A stretch of 64,000 nt of DNA from Octopus vulgaris (lineage: Eukaryota): assembly GCA_951406725.2 (NCBI GenBank), contig OX597820.1, positions 85,684,001-85,748,000 on the forward strand. Direction: 5' to 3'. The notes beneath the pieces are model-generated. The model searched no databases. It had not been told where the DNA came from and saw only the letters and a list, made by a program, of their open reading frames with translations. Numbering within the stretch: the stretch's first letter is position 1; each line of letters starts with the position of its first letter. Both the position numbers and the translations under genes were made by a program. Of the stretch, positions 29,400 to 40,131 are shown piece by piece.

Positions 29400-29870
29400 T
29401 GTGTAAAGAGAAAGTGGGGGAAAGTGTGGTAATAGGCGGAGTAAAGCCTTTGAAGTGAGAGAGGGAAATCGTAAAATATTGAGTTTTCTCGAATTTTTGC
29501 TTAATTGGGGGTGAAATTGAAAGAAATTTATATGCCATGACCGAATAGAATGTACTTGGAAAAATCATAGGTAAACTCCAATTGAAGAAATTGTGTGAGG
29601 AGTAAATCGTTATGTATTTATTTGTTTCTGTTTGCTCTGTATTTTTTTTGAGTAGTGGTTTAAGGTATACTTGCAAAGAGAAAGTAGGAGAAATTATGGT
29701 AATAGCAGGAGTGAAGCAGTTGAAATTAGAGAGGCAAATCGTAAAATATTTACTTTTCTCGAACTTTTGCCTAATTGTGGGTGAAATTGAAAAAAACTTT
29801 ATATGCCATGACCCAATCGAATCTACTTGTAAAAATCGTAGGTAAATTCCAATTGAAAAAATTCTATATT
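29400..29870. repeat. Diverged tandem duplication (period about 270 bp)
   Basis: AAAGAGAAAGT.GG.GAAA..GGTAATAG..GGAGT...AATCGTAAAATATT...GGTGAAATTGAAA..TTTATATGCCATGACC occurs at about 29405-29545 and about 29675-29815. Confidence 0.85.
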
Positions 29871-29938
29871 GTAGAATTGTATTAAAAAGGAACATGGGAA
29901 CAGGCAGAGAAAATCTGCCTTTTATCATAAGAGATATA

Positions 29939-30147
29939 CAGTTGCCGCCATGGGTTTTGCGGTAAATGACTAAATCATCCATAACTTTTGTATTATCCTC
30001 TCAAATTAGACCAAAATCTTAGACAATAACAATTAATATCGTATTTATTGTCTTTGAAGATTATAGAATATGAAACAACTTTGATAAAAAATTATATCTA
30101 CTTTTCTGACGAAAACAATGCCGTTCTGAACATTTTGGCCGCAACTG
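29939..30147. mobile_element. Tc1-like MITE with TA target duplication
   Basis: TA|CAGTTGCCGCCA ... TGGCCGCAACTG|TA; 12-bp TIR with one mismatch. Confidence 0.8.
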
Positions 30148-30264
30148 TATATATATATGTAAAAAATGTAATATATAAATAAATATCTATAAATATGAAC
30201 CATCCGATCTTCTGATTACCTCATTTCTTCTAATATATAATACCTGTACATCATCTCCAAACCT

Positions 30265-30269
<5 letters not shown>

Positions 30270-30345
<76 letters not shown>

Positions 30346-30472
30346 CAGAGAGAGAGAGAGACAGAGAGACAGACGGAGACAGAGACACAGAGACAGACAA
30401 TCAGATATGCAGATAGACCGACAGTCGGTTAAACAGAGAGAGAAAGAGAGTCAGACAGACAGACAGACAGAC

Positions 30473-30561
<89 letters not shown>

Positions 30562-30562
30562 T
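30270..30562. repeat. Compound (TA)(TG)(GA)(GACA)(GATA) microsatellite
   Basis: Directly visible. Confidence 0.95.
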
Positions 30563-32752
30563 CTGTGAATTATAAGGATGTATACTCAGTTGTTTGCCCA
30601 ACGACCTTCTCAATGAATTGGGATCTCATGTATTCCAGTAACATGTGTAGATTCTTAGGCGGAATTAACATGAAAGAATGTAACAATGTTCAATTCTCAG
30701 TAATGGTAAATTCCACTGTATTCTCTTTCACACTGGGGTACAAGTACACACATGAATATATATGAAATAGTAATTTAATTCTATCACTGGACTATTACTG
30801 CATAAATCATTCCATTTTTTTTAAATATCTGTTTTCAAGTCGATTCTGACTGAGTGCACTATTTTTATAATTCAAGTTTACATAATCTTTGTTAGCGTCA
30901 TTTATAGTGAAGGATCAGAAAATAAGTAGTTTTGTACCTGATACGAACACTTTAGTGTTTCTGATATGCAAATTCCTTCTTATATAGCAAATGGATATGT
31001 TGCAGGGCTGTGTTAACAGTATTGCAGGTACTCTGGACAAATCAATAAATTGAGCCCAACAGTATGTATTTATTGACATACATTGATCAGGATCTGGTCC
31101 CTAGACCTGTGGGACACTCGAGAAACTACTCAGTGCCTCCATGCCTTAAGATGGCATTATTATCTTAATCAGTATTTTGATATTATGGCATTATTCTCTC
31201 AGATGATGGTGAAGTGCAGACTTGGAATATTTTCATACAAATTCATTGCTCGTTTTTCGTTTAAGATCAAGTTTTCTGATCCTTATCCAAGTATATAAAA
31301 TCAAGTAGCAATCAAGCTTCGAGTAGATTTCATCCCTTTAGACCCAATGAAGATATGTTCAGTGTCTATATTTAGGATGACAGGTTGTCGAAATCCCAAG
31401 AACGTTGGAAGAATATTTTGCAGAACATTACACGCTTTTCCATTTTTTTTTGTTCCTTCGGGATTCGAATCGTTTCCAGACTAACTTTACACTTCTCCCA
31501 CTCATGGCCCATACAACAATATGTACTGGTGACGATTTCATCAACTGGTCAGACCTTCCTAATTCGTGGCTCTGTGAATGTGTTAGAAATGATTTTCGAC
31601 TTGTGTGCCTGACTATATCACTCTATATCACGTAAATTTAAAATTGTAGGCAATTTTGTAGGGTTATATCGAGGTTGCTGGCGATTTAGTTTCACAAACA
31701 ATGACCTATCATCTTTATGTGAATTAATTTAAGTGCTCCATTCGATTTCCATAGGCTAAAACAAAGAAAAATATAAATTAGTATTATTCCGTGTGAAAAA
31801 TTATGCGTTCTGCGAGTATTCGTAAGTAATTACGATTACAAAAATGTACCTTTTTAATAATTCGAGTTTAATGATGTAACACAAATAAATATTTATTCAA
31901 GCAGATACAGAAATAACCCGAGAGACAGAAATTGTGATAGTTAAGTTAGTATTGAGATCAATGAACCTTAATACTTAAATACAAAATTTTTTGTGAAAAC
32001 AAATATAGGGACAGGTAGTTAAATGGTTAAATTAGTGTCAACATTTGATGCAGGGAAAACTAACAACACAGATAGCGTGAAATACTTATTTAGTTAATGA
32101 AATCATAATTGATTTCTTCAGCTTTTGTTTGTTTATCATTTATTTTCTCAAAGTAATTAATACAATTCTCATCACTTAGTATTTATTTTATATCGTAATT
32201 AATAACCAATAACGCTATTTCCCTTGTAGATTTCCAATAGGCCAATAAATGGGTTACTACATTTCTGTCAATGAAAGCGCTGGATGCAAAAGAAGTATAG
32301 CGAAGGACCGCATTCATAAAGTACCGGAGTTTACATGATCTTTCATATTTACACTTAACGACGGTATTGATCGGGGCAACACACATGGACACACATACAC
32401 GTTTGCACCCACACAGGACATGAACACATATGCAGATACACACATACATACGTCTTTTAAACTGCAAATATTGTTTTGAAGGTGGTGTAAAAATAACAAC
32501 AGAACACATACTGATACGGTAGCACACCACAAGATGTGGCACAATTATATAGTGTACTTGTTTCGACAGTCATTTCAATTGTCATCTAGCGTTTTATCCA
32601 GCCAGCCAACTGGTTGAGAAAGACATGAGACAAAACATCAAATGCAAATTAACAGGAATTTAACAGTTGGGAAATGCGAAATATGTGTCTGTTTGTCAAT
32701 GTGTGTATGTGTGTGTGCGTGTGTACATGTATGTTTTCTGTATATATGTACA

Positions 32753-35473
32753 CTACTGTTACTTACTTTTTGATGTTTTTGGAATCAAACGATTTCTTGT
32801 ATCAAAAATGTCAAGAAACAAGTTTATGTAAGTAGGGAAAAATAACCTTTGTTTTAATTTTTAAAAGAAAAACTTCACCACGACCCTACCGCCAACTGAA
32901 GAAATCCAACACGACTTTTGACACAAATCATGCAAAATTCCAGTGGGGTTCATAATGCGTACCCAAGCCTTTACCAAACTTGGCGAGCAATTCAGAAGCA
33001 GTATATCTCAAATTTTAGCTTTCAAGTTTAAGCATTTTAGGAGTTATAGACTTTTTATAATTTGTTACCACTTAGGCCTTACTCTAGGAAATATCCTCTT
33101 CATCTCCTTTTTATTTCTGTGACGCTAAAAACTCTGACTATATTAACTGTTTCTCAGAATAGTAGACTTATCCAACTAGGATATCTAGAATAATGTCTTA
33201 TAATAGTAGTGCTTGTGTCACTCAAAGAAACAAAAATATCTGAACGAAGAATTTCGTACAATTTCAAGGCTCACATAAGAAAAGAAGACCTGTTCCTCTT
33301 GAAGAGCATTCTTTGGAAAACAACTGCAGGACATCAATGAATCTTCAAATTGTCGGTCACTACCGGTTCCTTGAAGGAACCATCAAAGGAAGGAAAGAAA
33401 GAACAAAGGAAGTTTCGAAATAAGTAGCTTTTTATGGCAAAAGAAATTAAAGTTCCCATATTTATCAATTCAAAATATACAAGCTTTAGTGGAAAAAAAG
33501 CGTTCAATGCCTACGATAAATGCATAAAACGAGGAAAATATGATTCATTGAAAGAAATTTTGGCATCACAAAAGGAAAACGGTGAATACCTGTGCAGTGA
33601 GGATAGAAGATTATATTATCTTCAAATTGAAAACAAGAGATAGGTTGGGTATGCAAATGGAAAGACAGCCAGTTCCAAAACTATCAATCCAAAAGAAGAA
33701 AGGTGTCCTTAATGGCAACTTCAACCAGAGCAACCCCAGTGTCATCATCAACTTCTGAAGCAGAGACGGAAAGTGAATATCAAGAGTGCGAAAAATCAGA
33801 TGAAAGATCCACACAAACAAGGAGGACTTATAGGAAAACTGGAACTGCAACCAAGTTAGTAATATCTGCCAAGCTATCAACCCCAAAAGCTGTAACATTT
33901 TGTCGACAATTATCTCAAGGTGGATTCAGTGCCGAGACTCATTCCCAATCTGGTATTTAGAGAATGATTATCAAAGAAGCTATTAAACAAAAAAAGAAAA
34001 TGAAGCAAAAACAACATTTAGAAAACTTTTACATTTACCATCATTGTAATTTTGATGCTAAATATATTGATGACCAAGAATACCGAGTGCAAGCTTTAAA
34101 GAATGTACAGGGAATTTAAGTTGGAAGAACTCCGAATACCAAACGGAAATGCCGATACTTTTGTGAAAGGAATAACAGCTGTTTTAGAGGAGTACAATTT
34201 ATGGAACTGTGTAAAGATGATTGGCACTGATACGAGTATGAACACTGGGAAAAGAAATGGCATTGTCACTCAGTTGCAAAGACTGTTTGGTCAAAAGGGT
34301 TTGAAAGAACTACAATTCATTGATTGTCAGCATCATATCCTTGATAGATTTCTTCGTGTTGTAGTGAATAACGAACTTGGAGAAAAATATCATCTCCTAA
34401 TATTGAATATACATTCATCACAGGGCTTCTAAATAATTACGAGAAACTCCAGGCTAACTTCAACAATGGTGAAGAAAAGATTACGGATTCAGCAGAAAAG
34501 GGAGATTACATGAAATTACTATTTCATTTGACCAGGGTCTTTCGTTTCTTTGAAGAGACTGGCATATTCCCTACTGTAGAATTTCAAAAATTACCCAACT
34601 TATGTAATGAGAGATGGACTTCTCAAATTAAGTAATGCAAGATGGAATTCTCTTTTGACATTTATCCTACCAGTGAAAAGAGTTTTGCTTCTCAATGTTT
34701 GTCGATTCATCTCTTACAGCTGGGCAGATTTTTGGTTCACTTACCAAATGTTCAATGTACATGATTATCAGAAGTTATGTGGTAACCTGCAAGTTCATAA
34801 AAAAAAGCATTGAACTCTGTAAAAAACAAATCAGACTGTAGAACGGGCAATCAAGTGCTTCAAGATGTTCATGATGTTTGTAAAAAGAAGTAGAAACTTC
34901 GTCTTCGATTTATTCTATCTAACAAAACATATTAATGCTTTATGTTTAAAACTTTACTAGCATTCAGCACCCTTTTGCTTATACAGTTATTTAAATTGGG
35001 ATTAAGCCTATACAGTTAAAAATATGTATTGTTTTTAATTTTGCATGTTATCGAATGCTTGTAGTGGGCTCTGTCTTAAAATAGCTTAGTTTTGAAATTT
35101 TGCATAGAGCAATTTCAATTCAGTAATCTTTAAAATGTACAAGTAGACCTTTATTCCACATCTCTCGTGCATTTAGGCAACGAAAATACTGTAGTGTGGA
35201 TCTAATGCCACCTAGTGATTATAGTCTTAAAAGCCCTTAACTCCGCAACTACAACTAGAAAGCTGAAATCTGAGATATACTATTGAGCTAGCATACCAAG
35301 TTTCCTAAAATCTTGAGCAGGTGTTATGAACACCCTCTAGAATTTTGCATGATTTGAGTCAAAATCGGTGCTCAGTTTCTAAAGTTGGAAGTTGGGGGAT
35401 GTTTCTTTCAAATAAAGCAAAACAAATGGTATCATCCTGACTTCTATAACATTTTACATCGAGTAACCTAGTA
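32753..35473 (+). mobile_element. hAT-like (CxxH-type DDE) DNA transposon, decayed, with long diverged terminal inverted repeats
   Basis: Inverted ends, e.g. TTTTGACACAAATCATGCAAAATTCCAG (about 32915-32943) vs CTAGAATTTTGCATGATTTGAGTCAAAA (about 35337-35364), enclose a broken transposase. Exact termini uncertain. Confidence 0.75.
33193..34935 (+). pseudogene. Transposase pseudogene (hATm-like)
   Basis: Broken frames with FDAK, IGTDTSMNTGKRNGIVTQL, FIDCQHHILD (CxxH), SNARWNS and ER..K motifs. Subfamily assignment is inference. Confidence 0.8.
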
Positions 35474-35521
35474 AAGGGTTATTAGGTTGTGAAAAATTCA
35501 TAACACTAACGTACACGTATA

Positions 35522-36560
35522 CGAAGTGAATCAAAGAATTTTAAGGATTTCCACTAAAGACGTTCATTAACTTGAAAGAACTTGTCTAATCGTTACTGAT
35601 TTGCTTATTATTATTATCATTATTTTCATATATAACATACAGAGATTAATTATTTATTCTTTATTTTACAGCTTCGATAATGAATGATAAAAAATGCAAT
35701 TAATACGATTTCACGCTACCTGTACAAAAAAGGGACGAAACGGTAGCGGCATAGGAAATAATTATGTAGAAGGCCCAGGAACTGTCATGAACGTGTGGAA
35801 CGAATCTGGTTCAGACGTTTCAAGGAAGGTGACACCAACTTGCTAGACAAACCAAGGTCATATGGAAACCTTGTTTTGTGGAAGGTGTGGCATTACTTGA
35901 AATGGCTGTACAATAACCAAGCACTTGTATATTGCCGGTGGATCATGGTCCTTCACATAGCACCATCAATCGATACCTCCATTATCTTGGCCTTATGAAC
36001 AGATGCTGTACCCTGACGCCGGGCTCAACGACGTGTATACATTTGCAAACATCTGCTGACAAATCCTCAAGATGGCCTGTTTTTTGGCATCCAATTGTTG
36101 GTAGGGACGAAAATTGGATCTATTTTCGTAACTCTAATTAAGAGAAATCTGTGGCTTCGTTCCGATGAAAGTTTAGAACTTGTTGTCCCTCACAGTCACG
36201 ATGTGAACTCTAACTTTTATGATCGACAGCTGCAGCGAATATATCATGATTTAAAACCCCGCTTTCCTGAATTGATCAAGCGAAGATGTACTCTCTTCCA
36301 GCATGACAATGCGCCAACAAACACTCCCAATATGACCTAGCCGAAATTTTAGGAACTTGCGAGTCTGGAAGTACTGCTTCACCCTGGATATAGTCCGGCT
36401 CTTGCACCATCAGTTTATCGCTTTCTATGAGTTATGGTTCATTTTCTACACAGACGAAGTTTCAACAATGTAGCTGAGGTTGAAGAGGAATGTTTGTAAG
36501 GAAGTGTTTACCTTTAAACCAACCAAATAATATATAACTGGAACTGAGCCTCTGGCACAA
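35522..36560 (+). mobile_element. mariner (DD34D-type) transposase remnant
   Basis: WFRRFKEGDTNLLDKPRS, GRDENWIYFRN, LFQHDNAP, HPGYSPALAPSVY (cf. YSPDLAPSDY); starts TA|CGAAG. Confidence 0.88.
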
Positions 36561-38502
36561 CGATGGCAACTAAAATAGTATACTTAAACAGTGACAGGGT
36601 TTTAATTCGTGTTGCAGTGGTATGGCCACCGCTGTCGCGGAGCCCATATGTTTCTATAGCAGTGCAAACCTTATTTTTAACAGAGAGATAAATAGGAAAA
36701 GTACTGGCCTCAGTAAGTTTCCCCAAGCTATTGACTAGCTATGGTGTTGATATTGGGATGGCATAACTAGACAAGATGAAGTAAATTCTTTCTACCACTT
36801 TTTCCAGCAGAAGAGATCTCAATTTTGATGATTTGAAGCTAATCGTGGCCCATAAAATAGAGATATCGAGTCCTTAATTGGTTTTCTTCGAATTCTCCTT
36901 CAGGGTCCCAATATGTTCAGCATCATCCACAGTTTTTGAAAGAGTCTCGGACTGAGTTTACAGACACGTTACTATAATTCACTGGGCCTTCGAGAAGAGG
37001 GTGACCGTCTTGTTTGAACAACCTCGTTAACTTTACTCCAGTTTGGCTCATTCATGTTAAACAGGATCGGTACAAACTAATTTTGCGACATGACATATTC
37101 AATTTCTATTTCCTAACGTTGACATTGTTTCAATTTTCCTGAATATTTACTCATAAAAACTTTCCACAAATAACGATTTCTTGATTTTCTAAATTCACGA
37201 TAAAATCTTAGTTTTCTAACAATAACATATTTTAATTATGTCGTAACACTGAGAAATATTTTATGAGTTTTAAGAGATATGCGATGAAATCCTACATGAG
37301 ATCGTATTGTAGAAATTTAATTTATTTGTTTATTTATATATTAAATACAATTGCAATACTTGGAATAATATATTTCACACTTCTACTTTAACTTGGAACA
37401 TTGTTCACCAAATATGGTACTGATCACGTTATCATATTTTACAGCTGAAGTTCAATATGCCATAGCGTCTTGTTAATAAGAGAAGAGTCCCTGCGATGAA
37501 GGAAGAAGTCATTTATCTTACATGTCATAAGACGCAATATATCACGTCGGTCATGCTTGCAGAGAGAAATTACAACAACAAACGGAGTGGGGGTCATAGA
37601 CAATCGGAGAGGCTAAATGCAGGTGAGCAGTTGCGAGTGGTATTACTCTGAAGTCATTGGTATCCTCCGTATTATTTAAAAATAGATATTTATGAAGAAC
37701 GTCAGGTAACGGTAGTTTACGGGGACATAAACACAGCAAAACTGCTTGTACTTCACTTGTGATTTATTGACCTTGAAATCGATAGAAAGCAAAATTGATC
37801 TACAATAATCCGATACAGATAACCATATACAAAAATCTTATACCAATAATAATTATCATTTAGAACGTTTATGACATACTAATTATATTCTTGTCAACTG
37901 TAGAAGAATTTGCTTGTTAGTTCTTCTGCGCCTATCATCAGGAGGAGAGGTAAGATTGAAACCCGTTGGCGTCTGACATTGCCTTAACAGAATGTCACAT
38001 ATTAAGGGGCTATCGATTATACAGAGCGCAGTAATTAATAAGTACATTTTAACAATATAGATCAACTAATTTAACTACAGTAAGGCAGGGCTACAGGCAA
38101 CATATTGATTCTGTATGAAAAAGATGCAATTATAACAACTATATTTCAGTATTGATGTTTCATTAAGAGAAAAATTAAAGTAATCAGCACCGACTTATCC
38201 TTTAAATAGTTTCAATATGCTGCAATAAAAATCAGTTACAGGTACAAAACAAGAAAGTTGAAAATAAAACAGAATGCAACCATGTAAATATATTCCACGA
38301 ATATTACATATCTATTCTCCCATTTAATCAGAGATCAAAGTACAGGATAAATTTCACACCGTGCTTGTATAGCAATAAATAATTATTTTCCTAATGACAA
38401 GTTACTACTGTGTACAATTAACTTGCTGTTTTAAACAAAGCACTGTTCCTTTATTTGCTGACATACATACATACATACATATAATATATGGATGCGTGTG
38501 TG

Positions 38503-38503
38503 T

Positions 38504-38576
<73 letters not shown>

Positions 38577-38585
38577 CAGACAGAC
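38503..38585. repeat. (GATA)n microsatellite
   Basis: Directly visible. Confidence 0.97.
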
Positions 38586-38678
38586 ACATAGATTTCTTTA
38601 TTAAGCCACGCAGGGCCGAACTCAGTAACACCGGTTGTCAAACAGTGGAAAGGGGAAATACAGGCACAAACACACACA

Positions 38679-38826
38679 CGTTCTGAGTTCAAATTCTGCC
38701 GAGCTCGACTTTGCATTTCATCCTTTGGGGGTCGATTAATTAAGTACTAGTTGCATACTGCGGTAGATCTAATTGACTGGCCCCCTCACCCAAAATTTCG
38801 GGCCTTGTGCCTGGAGTAGAAAAGAA
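38679..38826 (+). mobile_element. Family A SINE 3' unit
   Basis: GTTCTGAGTTCAAATTCTGCCGAG.TCGACTTTGC core; followed by (GAA)n at 38863-38961. Confidence 0.85.
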
Positions 38827-39030
38827 GAAAAGGAAGAAGGAGAAAGGGAAGAAGGAGAAAGGGAAGAAGAAGAAGAAGAAGAAGAAGAAGAAGAAGAAGA
38901 AGAAGAAGAAGAAGAAGAAGAAGAAGAAGAAGAAGAAGAAGAAGAAGAAGAAGAAGAAGAATCGTTGAATCTTCCTGATTCATGTACTAGTACCATACTT
39001 GCTTTGAGTCCGGAACTGTAGTCCACCCGT

Positions 39031-40125
39031 CGGGAAAGGAACATTTTCTTTTATGTTTTTGAGGCCAAATCTTAAACGTGCTAGCATTTTTGACAGATCA
39101 AATAGAAACTTCTCTGGAGCGTTTCCAATGACCAGTTCAAATGCATACGCCAGGGCAAAAAGGCCACACTCATATGCGCCAATTTGGGGATTAATGATAT
39201 GAACTTGTTGAATTGTAGGAATGATGTTTGTTTGTGGTGACTACAACGTTGTTACTTGTGCCATTACTTCCTGCGTAACTGGTAAATTCAAACTGTCATA
39301 AATATAAACATCTCCGAAAAAATTGGTTTACAAAACAAAATGATTGTTCCTGGTGTGATGAATAAACAGTGTGCAGTGTTGATTATATGTTAGAAATTCC
39401 GTGTGAGAAAAAATAGTTGGTTGTATTGAAATATCTGGAAACTTTTCCGTTACGATTTTCAACCCGGCATCAATGAGTTTATCATATAATATTTGTCCTG
39501 AAAGAAAAATGACTTCTTATATTTCAAAGCAAATCTTCTCAACCAAAATATCCCGTTGCTCAGGGAAATGGGAAATCAGCTTTTTCAACTTCTTTTTTTT
39601 TTTCATCACGGTTAAAATTTACTTTTTTTTTCAAAGTTCATCACACAGTTACACAAAAAGTTCAAACGATTTTTAGAAGAACATACCTTTTCAAGGACAC
39701 TCGAAATCTCCTTAATATCTGCAACAAGCAGTATTAATTTTGAACGATAGTGTTCAATAACAGCTTTCATTTACTTAAATGAATTGCTCTCACCAATTAA
39801 TTTAAACTTTTAGATCAATGAATTGTCAGGCTTTGATGCACATATTGTTATATTTGATGTAAGACCGTCCGGTATAACTTTTTCTTGTTTGCATGTTTCC
39901 AGAAATGATAGATGGCTCTTGACTTTAGCACGAAGACGATTAAGTTTTTTCACTGATAGAAATGTCAATTTCTCAATTTCTGTTTCATATTTGAATGGTA
40001 CAAAATCCATTGGCCCAGGATTGGGTTCAACGCTGGCGTCTAGCGAAACTAACAGGGCTGACAAGCCAAATGTGAGAAGGAATAAAACGCAAAAGCTGTA
40101 ATTTACATTACGATTTTCCTTAGAC
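39031..40125 (-). pseudogene. Inverted 5' part of the Penelope-like ORF: hydrophobic leader, 2A-like motif, N-terminal domain, Ulp1/C48-like protease
   Basis: Minus strand reads YSFCVLFLLTFGLSALLVSLDASVEPNPGP / SHLSFLETCKQEKVIPDGL / KKKLKKL / LYDKLID..IHHTRNNHFV..VYIYDSL..PQIGAYECGLFALAYAFEL..FDLSKM, with in-frame stops. Confidence 0.85.
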
Positions 40126-40131
40126 GCCTGT

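Noticed and set aside
31405-31635. ORF with WSDLPNSWLCEC resembling a rubredoxin half-motif
   Set aside because: Cys spacing is wrong, the first CxxC is absent and there is no other support.
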